Positions 41,103-50,916 of a stretch of DNA of 64,000 bases are shown one piece after another. Each line of letters starts with the position of its first letter. Position 1 is the first letter of the stretch. The stretch is taken from contig CP169074.1 of NCBI GenBank assembly GCA_041891055.1, positions 992,001 to 1,056,000 on the forward strand. Direction: 5' to 3'. The position numbers were made by a program, and so were the translations under genes. The notes below the pieces were generated by a model. That model had not been told where the DNA came from and made no database searches. It was given only the letters and a program-made list of their open reading frames with translations. This DNA is from Halorutilales archaeon Cl-col2-1 (lineage in GTDB: Archaea > Halobacteriota > Halobacteria > Halobacteriales > Afararchaeaceae).

Positions 41103-42118
41103 ATGGCAGAGAAAATCCTCGATAGAATATTCCAACGCCCTTTTCATTCCCTCAAAAAAGCACCTTCCCTTCTCTGGAGCCGTTCTCTCAGACATAACGT
41201 CGCGAGGCAACTCAACAAGACCTGGCATACGAAAAACGGACGTCACGAGTACAATCCGGAAGGGGTCGACATTTTCGAAGAGGACTGGGATAACCTCGTC
41301 ATTCTCGACGCCTGTCGGTTTGATTTCTTTGCGAAAGCCTACCGGGAGCACGACCTTCCTGGAAAGTTGGAGTCACGAATCTCTCGAGGGTCACAGACTC
41401 CCGAGTGGCTGTGGGCAAATTTCGCTGATAGAACGCTACACGACACAGTCTACATTTCAGCTAGCTTTATGCCGTATCATATCGGTATTGAGAGATTTGA
41501 CGATCCGACTCCATTCCAGGAAAGATACTCATTTGATTTAGATGTATTTGATCTCGTAAGACTTAGAGAGGATTTAGCCGACGAAGTGCTGGAAACCTAT
41601 GATGAGCGCCTGACAAATACTGTTCTTCCAGCAGAAGCAACTGTCAATGGAGCCATCGAAGCTGCAAAAGAATATCCCAACAAGCGACTCATAATCCATA
41701 TTATCCAACCGCATAAACCGTATCTCGGTTCGGTAAGCAGATTCATCAGCAGTCATCTCACCCGTGGCGAGATACATATTTGGGTAAACAGTCGTTTTCG
41801 CAAGAAACGATGACCGAGGCGTATTGGGAAAATGTCGATAGAGCCGTCTCAGCGACGAAAGAGCTCATTCCAGAATTAGAAGGAAAAACCGTTGTTTCAG
41901 CGGATCACGGTGAATTGCTGCACGACCGCTCGTCTCCGATTCCAATCATGGAATACATGCATCCAGATAGAACATATGTGTCAGAGCTCGTGAAAGTACC
42001 ATGGCTGGTGATTGACTCTGATGACCGGAAATCAATTCAGTCGGAGTCGCCCACAGAACTCCCTCAATCCGATGAATCCATATCACAGGATCAGTTGGAA
42101 GCACTTGGATATCTTTAA
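41103..42118 (+). pseudogene. Sulfatase-like paralog of 21923, frameshifted near 41750-41790
   Basis: LDACRFD..QPHKPY in ORF1; SADHGE..LVKVPW..LEALGYL in ORF2. Confidence 0.8.
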
Positions 42119-42168
42119 ACTCTGTTCTTAGTGAGAGAATCCAGACACACCTACGGAGGGTTAGCTAT

Positions 42169-43272
42169 CTAATTTGCATACTCCCCAATCGAGTCGATAA
42201 CAGCCTGCACTTCGTCATCCTGCATCCACGGATGCATCGGCAACGAGAGAATCCGATCCGTCACTCGTTCTGTCACGGCAAGGTCTCCGTGCGTTCCTAT
42301 ATCACTGTATGACTGCTGCTGGTGAACCGGAATCGGATAATGGATCTGTGTCCCAATACCCCGTTCGTCAAGGTGTCGCTGCAACTCTTCGCGGTTCGGA
42401 GTCTGGATCACGTAAAGGTAATAGACATGCTTGCTGTCGTTGTGCTCGACAGGCGTTTCCACGCCGGATAGCGACTCCGTATACTGTCTGGCGATGGCAC
42501 GTCGACGATCGTTGTAATCATCCAGATACCCGAGTTTCTCTCGTAATATCGCCGCCTGAAGTTCATCGAGACGGCTGTTGACGCCGACCTCTTCGTAGCG
42601 GTATTTTCCCGACGTCCCGTATTCCCGAAGCTTCCCCACTCGATCGGCCAGTTCGTCGTCGTCCGTCACGACGATCCCTGCATCGCCGTACGCGCCGAGA
42701 TTCTTCGTTGGGTAGAGACTGAAACACGCGATATCTCCGAGACTCCCGACAAAACTATCATCGTACATTGCTCCGTGCGCTTGGGAGGCGTCCTCGACGA
42801 TAGTAAGGTCGTGCTCGTCCGCGATGGCTCGGATGTCGTCCATTGGAGCGGGATGGCCGTATAGGTGGACTGGAAGGATCGCTTTCGTATTCGGGGAAAT
42901 AGAGGCTTCGAGCTTGGTGGGATCGATCGTATACGTTCCAGGATCGATATCGACGAACACCGGCGTCGCCCCGTTTCGGACGATCGCATCCGCCGTCGAA
43001 ACGAAAGTATGGGAGACGGTGATGACTTCGTCTCCGGAGCCGATGCCCAGTGCTCGCAACGCCAGATAAAGTGCGTCGGAACCTGATCCAACACCGATTC
43101 CGTGCTCTACGCCGAGATACTCAGCAAATTCAGATTCGAATGTTGAAACCTCGTTTCCAAGGATGAAATCTCCGTTTTGTAATGTCTCCTCGATCTTAGA
43201 AAGTATCTCGTTCCTGTGGTCGTCCATCTCTCGTCGAAGTGGGAAAAATGGCACTTCGAGTTCGTCAGTCAT
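42169..43272 (-). CDS. DegT/DnrJ family PLP sugar aminotransferase (FdtB-like)
   Basis: PVHLYG, EDASQAHG, SLYPTKNLG, NSRLDE. Confidence 0.95.
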   Translation of the reverse strand: MTDELEVPFFPLRREMDDHRNEILSKIEETLQNGDFILGNEVSTFESEFAEYLGVEHGIGVGSGSDALYLALRALGIGSGDEVITVSHTFVSTADAIVRNGATPVFVDIDPGTYTIDPTKLEASISPNTKAILPVHLYGHPAPMDDIRAIADEHDLTIVEDASQAHGAMYDDSFVGSLGDIACFSLYPTKNLGAYGDAGIVVTDDDELADRVGKLREYGTSGKYRYEEVGVNSRLDELQAAILREKLGYLDDYNDRRRAIARQYTESLSGVETPVEHNDSKHVYYLYVIQTPNREELQRHLDERGIGTQIHYPIPVHQQQSYSDIGTHGDLAVTERVTDRILSLPMHPWMQDDEVQAVIDSIGEYAN

Positions 43273-43408
43273 GACAGGTCGTTCTTTGAAGGGGAAACTT
43301 ATGGTTGTTACGACCACAAAGAGCAGTAGCAATATCTTTGACATATCCAGAAATGGAAATCCTATGCTGCACTTCACAACATCATATCTAAACTTGACCT
43401 CTTCGATA

Positions 43409-45232
43409 TCACGCCATAGACTCGACCTGCATCGAATACAGATCTGAGTAGACATCCCCGTTGTCCATAAGCTCGTCGTGGTCTCCGGACTCTATGATCT
43501 CTCCGGATTCGAGAGTATAGATACAGTCAGCGTTGACGACTGTCGACAGACGATGAGCAATAACTAGAATAGCGTAGTCCCGATCCATCGACTCTATGGC
43601 ACGGTGTACCTTACGTTCGAGATCCATGTCGAGGTCACTCGTCGCTTCATCCAGTATTAGAAGATCAGCGTCCTTGAGAAGAGCACGTGCAATAGCCACA
43701 CGCTGCCGTTGACCACCCGAGAGTTTCACGCCTTGGTCACCCAGGACAGTGTCGTATCCGTTCGGGAGTTCGTCCAAAAACTCTGTGACTTGAGCAATCT
43801 CAGATACACGTTCAACGTCGTCATCAGTCGCATCTCTGTTACCGATAGTCACGTTTTTACGCAGCGTGTCGTTGAAGATATGCGGATCTTGTCTCACGAC
43901 GGATACCCTAGAACGCCACTCTGACACGTCAAAGTCGTCTATGGGAGTACCGTTAGCTTTTATCTCGCCTTCATCTGGCTCGTACATCCGGGACAGGAGT
44001 GACATTATAGTCGACTTGCCTGCTCCCGAAGGCCCGACAAAAGCCGCGAAGTCTCCCCTGTCGACCGAGAACGAAAGGTCACGAAGCACGGTTTCGTCAC
44101 TCGAATCGTAACTAAACCAGACGTTCTCGAAAGAAATCTCGTCTACTTCGTCGGGCATTGTCTCTTTAGGTTTATTAGGCTCGCGGCTACGGTCAAGATC
44201 TTCGAGAAACTCCTGTGTACGGACTAGATGTGGGAGTTCGCCCTCGGTTCTATAGAATAGTTTATTGATATTACTAACTCTGGGACCGAGTCGAAACATA
44301 GCAAACAGAAATATACTCAGAGATCCCAGCGATAAAGAAGAGAAGGTGAGTGCAGCGTATATAAGTACGAAGACAGTAACTGCAGTAGTAAGCTGATAGA
44401 AGTTCTGAATAGCGACTTGGTTTCTACGGAGATGGATATTCGAGTCCTCGAACTCCCTTACAGCAGTAGTGAACCCCTCGAAAACCTCATCCATCATATT
44501 GAACAGCTTGACATCACGTATGCCTTGAGTCCCTGCCTGAGCATACTCCTGTATGTCTTCTTTAGCCTGTGCTACTCTGTCTCCTATGGAGTAGCCAGTC
44601 TCAACCTTGCTTCTAAATAGATAAGTAACACCACCAAGAAAGATCCCAGTTACAACTGTTAGACGAGGAGCCAGATAGAAAGCCACACCCAGGTATATCA
44701 TAGCAAGTAAGCTCTGTTCAACTAAATTAATAGTAAACCGGATCACATTGCCCGCATTCTCCGCCTGAGTAACTATAGCATTCAGTATGTCGTCAGAACC
44801 CTCTCTGTCGAAATACGAGACCTTCGCGTTAAGCGCACTCTCGAAGGACTCTGTCTGAAGATGGCGCACGTACTTCGTCCTCAGAGCCGCACGTAGCCAT
44901 CCAACTAAGAAACTCGAAGTGAAACGTACGACCATGACTAGAGAAACCCCTACAACGAGATATCCCATGGTGAACGGTATACCCAGAAAGTCATACACAG
45001 TGAGAAACGCACCTAGAAGACCGTCAGCCTGAGCAGGATCTACACCATCAGACTGAGCGAGTTCGACGATAGGCAGTATAAAGCTGAGACCGAATCCCTC
45101 CAGAAGTGCGGCGAAGACACTCAGTACGAGTACACCACCAGCATACAGAGGTCGAAACTGGGCGACACGGTAAAGAGCCTCTAACTTATCGCGCCAGCCG
45201 ATCTCTGACTGCTCATTATCTACATCTGACAT
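43409..45232 (-). CDS. ABC exporter (TMD+NBD), PglK/MsbA-like
   Basis: GPSGAGKST, LSGGQRQR, LDEATS. Confidence 0.92.
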   Translation of the reverse strand: MSDVDNEQSEIGWRDKLEALYRVAQFRPLYAGGVLVLSVFAALLEGFGLSFILPIVELAQSDGVDPAQADGLLGAFLTVYDFLGIPFTMGYLVVGVSLVMVVRFTSSFLVGWLRAALRTKYVRHLQTESFESALNAKVSYFDREGSDDILNAIVTQAENAGNVIRFTINLVEQSLLAMIYLGVAFYLAPRLTVVTGIFLGGVTYLFRSKVETGYSIGDRVAQAKEDIQEYAQAGTQGIRDVKLFNMMDEVFEGFTTAVREFEDSNIHLRRNQVAIQNFYQLTTAVTVFVLIYAALTFSSLSLGSLSIFLFAMFRLGPRVSNINKLFYRTEGELPHLVRTQEFLEDLDRSREPNKPKETMPDEVDEISFENVWFSYDSSDETVLRDLSFSVDRGDFAAFVGPSGAGKSTIMSLLSRMYEPDEGEIKANGTPIDDFDVSEWRSRVSVVRQDPHIFNDTLRKNVTIGNRDATDDDVERVSEIAQVTEFLDELPNGYDTVLGDQGVKLSGGQRQRVAIARALLKDADLLILDEATSDLDMDLERKVHRAIESMDRDYAILVIAHRLSTVVNADCIYTLESGEIIESGDHDELMDNGDVYSDLYSMQVESMA

Positions 45233-45352
45233 GAGTCTTATAGGATGTATCCCTGGTACGACTTGAATATTTAGGTTTGGGTGAAAAAGACTACACGACG
45301 AAGTTTGTACTCGACATTATTGTATCAGGCTTGCCCGAAGAATAGTTAGATA

Positions 45353-45559
45353 TCAGTTTTGACGCGGATCATCTACGAGCTCATACAGACCACGGTGAAC
45401 CTTCTCGATCAGACCATGCTCTTCGAGTCTCCTAAGCCGGTTGGTTATATGCTGTCGACTCAGATCTAACTCGTCGGCTATGTAGTTAGGAGTACATCTA
45501 CCCTCAGATAACATATCCAGAATCCGTCGGTCAGTCTGATTCAGATCGATCTCGCCCAT
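45353..45559 (-). CDS. Small wHTH regulator divergent from the plasmid-like operon
   Basis: TPNYIADELDLSRQHITNRLRRLEEHGLIEKVHRGLY. Confidence 0.85.
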   Translation of the reverse strand: MGEIDLNQTDRRILDMLSEGRCTPNYIADELDLSRQHITNRLRRLEEHGLIEKVHRGLYELVDDPRQN

Positions 45560-45670
45560 GTTACCTACTGTGGTTACTGACACATATATCCATACGGTAG
45601 CTAAGAAAACGTGGCTTGGAGGTAATGTATCCAAACGTTAGTAAACTTTAAGTGATCTCCCAAACATTGT

Positions 45671-45756
45671 ATGGTCAGAAGCGCGGTAATACGAGTCAGA
45701 ATTCAGAAGATGGCCGGATGTTAGGGCATCCGACCGCGCTTCACGCCAGGTGAAGC
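45671..45756 (+). promoter_or_regulatory. Structured leader with overlapping hairpins and a 17-codon uORF
   Basis: gaagcgcggt/accgcgcttc, cggatg/catccg and gcttcac/gtgaagc; TATA-like ctttaag about 25 nt upstream. Confidence 0.55.
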
Positions 45757-45758
45757 AA

Positions 45759-46169
45759 ATGTACGATACCCACGAGACTCAGAAAAACGTATCGTTATTA
45801 GAGCAACTACTACACGGACTCCGCGTTGGAGTAGGAGAGTCACGTAACGAGTTCGCCGTATGCGATAGCTGTGGCATACGTCTACGTGAAGGCTCAGAGG
45901 TCACTGTATACGCATACTCCAGAGCCGACGACAGTAGCTGGCATACGAGAGGTGTCTACTGCCGTAACTGTGAGAAGACTCAGATAGAGACATCCACTAA
46001 GAACAACGAAGAAGCCGTCGCACAGTCACACATAGCTCTTCTTCAGGATGCCAAGTACCAGACTGCCTCGCTGGTAGTAGTCGACCCCGAAGTACTCGAT
46101 TACAGCAGCGAGAAAGAAGGCGTCGAGTCTCAGACAGTCGCGGTGACCGAGAAAGGAGGGGGTCGCTAA
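45759..46169 (+). CDS. Zn-finger hypothetical of haloarchaeal plasmid type
   Basis: CDSC..CRNC pairs. Confidence 0.75.
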   Translation: MYDTHETQKNVSLLEQLLHGLRVGVGESRNEFAVCDSCGIRLREGSEVTVYAYSRADDSSWHTRGVYCRNCEKTQIETSTKNNEEAVAQSHIALLQDAKYQTASLVVVDPEVLDYSSEKEGVESQTVAVTEKGGGR

Positions 46170-46269
46170 ACAGCTATGTCTCAGACCACCCAACCGACTT
46201 TAGCCGTGTCAACGGTCTGAGACACTGTTGTCCCCCATTCGGTCTACACAGAAAGCAGAAAGAGACAGA

Positions 46270-47298
46270 ATGTCTACTACGAGACTCGATAAAGACATCC
46301 TAACCCCGAGGATAGATCTGAGTCTCTCCGAGCTAACACGCAGGGAGTTTCACGAGAGATTCTGGAGTCAGAACTTCGGTCTTCTACGAACGGCGGTAAA
46401 GAGGATAGTCGAAGACCTCGGACTCACGACCTGGAGTGAACTGCCGTCGTATATCTGGCGCAACGGAGTCGACGAGATGAACCGCGAGTACGCAGTCGAC
46501 ATGGTAGCCTTCGAGTTCGAGAAAGAGACCTCGGTAGAGAGACTCAAAAACCTCACTCTAGCACTCGGATCAGGTAAGAGGATCAGCCCGGTCGACGAAG
46601 AGCTATACGGCACATACAACACCACCAAAGACGACGTCTTCGCTCCCTTCAAGATCCTCGATATAGCCGGCATACGTCCCAAAGTCGGTATAGACGCCGA
46701 CTCCAGAGCGGTGGGTGGGATCGATACAGAGTTTTTTGATAAACTGAGTGAATATGTCGACTTAGAGATAGAGGTCAGCCTTGGAGACACAGACGAGCCT
46801 ACCCAACTACCGGAGTATGTCCATATAGATTTAGATACAGGGCACTCGAAGAGAGACAAGTACGGATACTGGTATAAAAGACAAGATCTCCACAAAGCCG
46901 TAGAGACCCCAGACAGAGCTCTGAGAGTTCTCAAAGAGATTGCTGGAGACCTACAGACTAAGAGCAACCACACCAAGTACACCTACGACGAACTACAGAA
47001 GATAACTGATCTCGACAGGAGTACTCTGATAACCTATACGAGGCTCTTAGAGGCGAATAGTCTCATAGATAGGTCTCGGGACGAAAGACGTGTAAAAATC
47101 TCTCTGACCGACGTAGGTGTAGCTTTCGTGAGTTTAGTCATGGATGTCGACATAGAGAAGACAGCCAGATTCAGATCCTCTCTTTCAGGTTTCTTCGTAG
47201 AAGATCTTCTCCCGGAGGCAGGATCCAGTAAGACCGATACCAGCAGTAGAAAACAGAGAAAGCCTCCTCCAAAGACAAAGAAAAGTAAGGTAATCTAG
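46270..47298 (+). CDS. wHTH protein resembling the N-terminal part of haloarchaeal plasmid Rep (RepH-like)
   Basis: TYDELQKITDLDRSTLITYTRLLEANSLI wHTH; the Rep assignment rests on recalled similarity and context only. Confidence 0.5.
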   Translation: MSTTRLDKDILTPRIDLSLSELTRREFHERFWSQNFGLLRTAVKRIVEDLGLTTWSELPSYIWRNGVDEMNREYAVDMVAFEFEKETSVERLKNLTLALGSGKRISPVDEELYGTYNTTKDDVFAPFKILDIAGIRPKVGIDADSRAVGGIDTEFFDKLSEYVDLEIEVSLGDTDEPTQLPEYVHIDLDTGHSKRDKYGYWYKRQDLHKAVETPDRALRVLKEIAGDLQTKSNHTKYTYDELQKITDLDRSTLITYTRLLEANSLIDRSRDERRVKISLTDVGVAFVSLVMDVDIEKTARFRSSLSGFFVEDLLPEAGSSKTDTSSRKQRKPPPKTKKSKVI

Positions 47299-47491
47299 CC
47301 TTACACCGACGCCTTACGGCAGTTTGTTAGCTTTCGTCTCGTTAGAGTCATCTCCGAGAAACTCTCGGCTCACTCTCCCACGGAGTCTTCGTCTTCTTGC
47401 GATTTTGGTGAAAGTAACCTAGACCGACCTTTTCTGAGAACAACGTCGAGAACCATACCAAAAATCAATCCTCAGCTCATTCTACGGATCC

Positions 47492-47777
47492 TCTGAGAAG
47501 GTCTTCTATAGAGTCTCTACCTAACTCCATTTGTCTGTTCTCAAGAAAAATCAAAGACATCGTGTACATAATGCCATACGTGGTGCTATTCTCCTCTCCA
47601 CGAGACCTACAGATAGAATTCTATTTCTTCTTTAGATGTCGTTACCCCCGTAGGCAGTCTATACCGTCCAAGGTTTATTCTGTCCAATTAGCTAACCAAC
47701 ATTCTCTAGACAGTTTTCAGATATGTTGGTTAGCTCTTTAGCATGGCCTATACATAACCCATCCGAGGTAGTTTGGA
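47492..47777 (+). repeat. Long non-coding repeat, copy 1
   Basis: Aligns with 53905-54184; contains core taggcagtctataccgtccaagg and hairpin agctaaccaacat..atgttggttagct. Confidence 0.92.
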
Positions 47778-47840
47778 CAGATTCTGCAACTAAAACAGAG
47801 AGGAGATCAGTTTGCTCAAGCTCGTCCACAGTCTCCTCGG

Positions 47841-48350
47841 TTAATCGACAAGGTGATTGATAAATTCACGTCCTTCTACGACAGTGATACTTTTTGTTCT
47901 AGAGGTAAGCACGTCTCTGATAGCACGTTCAGCCACTCTATCACTAACAAGTACTGCTACATGATCCGATATGCGGCTGTACTGATACGCTAAGCCAGCA
48001 AGAACCGTGTCAGTTTTTTCGATTTCGTCTTGCGAAACATCGTCAGACGAAATATTAGCCATTCTGTCTCTCGTATCATCCACGACGTTTGAGACGCCTG
48101 AAACACCAAAATCGGTTTCTGCAGAGTCGAGCCACCCGGATTCACTCGCAGCACGTAGACGGTTGCGTTGATACTCGTATTCATCAGGACTCTCTCCTAA
48201 CTCTTCAGCAACTCTTTCGGGCATCTTGACATTGATGTTTTTTCTCTCGAAGTATCTCTCGAAAGCCTGATACTTCTCATTCTCCGGCCCTCCTATCGCA
48301 AAAAGTACGCTACTATCAACTATAACAGTAGATCCAGAGGGTATATTCAT
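47841..48350 (-). CDS. PIN-domain toxin
   Basis: IVDSSVL, EEL, TDTVL, VSD acidic tetrad. Confidence 0.82.
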   Translation of the reverse strand: MNIPSGSTVIVDSSVLFAIGGPENEKYQAFERYFERKNINVKMPERVAEELGESPDEYEYQRNRLRAASESGWLDSAETDFGVSGVSNVVDDTRDRMANISSDDVSQDEIEKTDTVLAGLAYQYSRISDHVAVLVSDRVAERAIRDVLTSRTKSITVVEGREFINHLVD

Positions 48351-48889
48351 CGATTTCGGTGGTCTTGAATAACGTCTTGTAATGCAGTTATCACTGTCAT
48401 AGCTTCTGTGGGATGAACATCGAGTTTTTCAGCGGCAGTACGCTGAGTCAGTTCTTCATCTATAACTCGACGTGTGTAATGTAGAGCAGATGCGAGTTTC
48501 GAGACTCCGTTTCTTTCTACAAAGACTCGTATATCTTCGCTTTCAGACTGTCTCCCAACGGCATCGATAAGTTCCGGTGTAGCTGTAACAGTTCCGTTCG
48601 GGGTTTCGACGTTGATCTCAAGGGTCTCTACCTCCATCTTTGCAGGCTTCTGGTCTTCTTGTCGGGTAAGTATCTGTTTTTCTTCGAGTTCGGATATATA
48701 TTTGTAGGTAGTGGAGTGAGGTAAGCCGAGACCATCCTTTATAGATTCAACTTCGACGGGTTGATTCTTGTATATGTAGGTATACAGGCGTGCAAGCTGT
48801 TGGTTGTTGAGAAGCTCTGAAATGGCGAGGATATTATCGATGGTCTCCTCTGGGTCAGGTTCGTTAGAGGCTGTGTTTTCTACTGACAT
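48347..48889 (-). CDS. HTH antitoxin/regulator
   Basis: LGLPHSTTYKYISELEE; ATGA overlap with the PIN gene. Confidence 0.82.
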   Translation of the reverse strand: MSVENTASNEPDPEETIDNILAISELLNNQQLARLYTYIYKNQPVEVESIKDGLGLPHSTTYKYISELEEKQILTRQEDQKPAKMEVETLEINVETPNGTVTATPELIDAVGRQSESEDIRVFVERNGVSKLASALHYTRRVIDEELTQRTAAEKLDVHPTEAMTVITALQDVIQDHRNR

Positions 48890-48908
48890 CTGCTACATAA
48901 TACATGTA

Positions 48909-49097
48909 CTATGTATTAATCTCTTGTGAAAAGAAAAACAGATGCATATTCACTTCTGATCTCCAGTACTCAAAGCAACTATCCCATCCTACTTTATGTA
49001 AATTCTGAGTGATCCGAGACCAGAGGCTCGTGTTAGCTACAGCAATCATGGCATCTGTATCGACTATAACAGGATGTCGCGAACCATCACCTACCAT
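48909..49097 (-). pseudogene. Truncated PIN toxin
   Basis: VIVDTDAMIAVANTSLW matches paralog 49572, then homology is lost after about 30 aa. Confidence 0.8.
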
Positions 49098-49106
49098 TCT
49101 CCAGTC

Positions 49107-49415
49107 TTACTCCTGAAGTACATCGCTAGTATCGAGATCCATGGCTTTCTCAAACTCTTCAGTTTCTCGTTTAATCTCGTCTAGAGCATCACCAAGAAGG
49201 ACTTGTGCAGCCTCTTTCGAGATCTCACCTTGTTCGTACTTTTGATGAATACTGATCTTTTCTTCGTCAGACAGGGTTTCCTGAAGCTTCTCTTGGAGTC
49301 CTTCTCGAGCAAGTTCACTGATATTTATGCCTCCAAGGCGCATCTGATCGAGAAGATGTGATGCTTCTTTTTCAGCCTCCCCCCGAAACTGGATCTTATC
49401 GTTGTTCGTTGCCAT
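49107..49415 (-). CDS. Antitoxin (RHH-like), paralog of 50142
   Basis: KIQFR..GGINISELAREGL. Confidence 0.78.
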   Translation of the reverse strand: MATNNDKIQFRGEAEKEASHLLDQMRLGGINISELAREGLQEKLQETLSDEEKISIHQKYEQGEISKEAAQVLLGDALDEIKRETEEFEKAMDLDTSDVLQE

Positions 49416-49497
49416 CCTACTCAGATATTCACTCGCCTCCAATATATGTGTTGTGACCAGTAATCCATGTCATGACAAATGGTTCTTCTGAAAGTAC

Positions 49498-49550
49498 TCT
49501 ATCTCTTCTCTAGATGTCGTTACCACCGTAGGCAGTCTATACCGTTCAAG
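49498..49550 (+). repeat. Partial copy of the non-coding repeat
   Basis: tagatgtcgttaccaccgtaggcagtctataccgttcaag. Confidence 0.9.
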
Positions 49551-49571
49551 ATGTCTAACCTAGAAGATACA

Positions 49572-50141
49572 TCAAGCAAAATACTCAGAGTCGACAAAAC
49601 CGGAGCAATCGACGGGTATACCTTCCCATACAACTATGATGGACTTGTATCCGGTCCAACCCTCACTTTCGACCATCTCCTGTGTAGCCTCACAGAACTC
49701 TTTCTTACTAATTATACCGTTGTCGTATAGAATATATATCGGAAAAGCAGGTGACGAAATACTGACTTCGTAGCCTTCTCTGTGTGCAGTATTCTCTATA
49801 CGCTCTCTACCAGCTTGATCCCGTATGAAAACTGCGTCGAAGTGACTCCCGTTCTGAGCTATCTGTATTCGTATCGACTCCTCTCCTGCGTCCTCGCCGC
49901 TCGGTTTCGGCACGGTGTTGACTAGATCTATACTCCCCTCCTCAATCCCGGATAATGCGTGGAGACTAGCTTCATAGATATGGTCGTCTCTATCACTCTT
50001 CTCGGTGTGGTTCTGTAGCTCTGACTTACACGTGTAGGTGGTAGTCAGTCCAACTTTAGTAAATGTCTTCTCCCACAGACTCGTGTTACCTATAGCGATC
50101 AAAGCATCAGTATCGATCAGAAGTCGAGAACAGTCCATCAT
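49572..50141 (-). CDS. PIN-domain toxin
   Basis: LIDTDAL, SEL, DAGEESI, RD. Confidence 0.8.
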   Translation of the reverse strand: MMDCSRLLIDTDALIAIGNTSLWEKTFTKVGLTTTYTCKSELQNHTEKSDRDDHIYEASLHALSGIEEGSIDLVNTVPKPSGEDAGEESIRIQIAQNGSHFDAVFIRDQAGRERIENTAHREGYEVSISSPAFPIYILYDNGIISKKEFCEATQEMVESEGWTGYKSIIVVWEGIPVDCSGFVDSEYFA

Positions 50142-50453
50142 TTACTCGGCAAGATACTTCTCGGTACCTTCATCTGCTAACTCTCTTGTGTTCTCTATCG
50201 TCTTCTGTATCTGATCGAAGTCTTCTCCAAGCGCTATTCGGACAACCTTCTCAGATACATCGCCTCTCCTATACATCTCGTAGAACTCAATTTTCTCCTC
50301 GTCGGAGAGTATATCGGGTAAGAGACGTCTCATCGCTTCTCTGCTTACTTCACTTTCGTTAACTCCTCCGACACGTATCTCATCCAGCTTCTCTAACAAC
50401 TTCTTGATAGCGTCCGACCGAAACTTAACCGTATCAGTATCTGACTGACCCAT
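50142..50453 (-). CDS. Antitoxin (RHH-like)
   Basis: TVKFR..GGVNESEVSREAM; abuts the PIN gene. Confidence 0.78.
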   Translation of the reverse strand: MGQSDTDTVKFRSDAIKKLLEKLDEIRVGGVNESEVSREAMRRLLPDILSDEEKIEFYEMYRRGDVSEKVVRIALGEDFDQIQKTIENTRELADEGTEKYLAE

Positions 50454-50589
50454 ACTCTGATTACCAGTGTCTTAGAGAAAAAGTTTGTGTCACAGGTAAC
50501 ATTGTAGCCACAGAAAGAGACCTACTGATTTTTAGGTGCGAATAAAGGTCATAGGGAGAGTCTGCCCACTTCTCTCGGCAATACTAACT

Positions 50590-50639
50590 CCGTAGGCAGT
50601 CTATACCGTCCAAGGTTTGTTCTGTCCTATTATAGCTAA
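50590..50639 (+). repeat. Partial copy of the non-coding repeat
   Basis: ccgtaggcagtctataccgtccaaggtttgttctgtcc. Confidence 0.9.
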
Positions 50640-50916
50640 AACATACTATTCGTGAGCTTAGGCACACGTTCTCTAAGCTCATCAAGGCAGAGCTCTAAGA
50701 CAGCCATCGGGTTGGGATCGCTAAACGATGCTGCCTCTCTGTGAGAGGAGTCCCAGTCTCTGTGATCGACCTGAAAATGACTCGACCCTAGATCCTCGTG
50801 GCTTTGGTCTTGATGCCAGCCACAAGACCAGTCAGATCCTCGTTGGTTGTACTGTATGCGAAACTCGTCTCTGTCCTCTCGTGGTCTCCACTCTATTTCG
50901 AGTTGTGCTTCTACTC

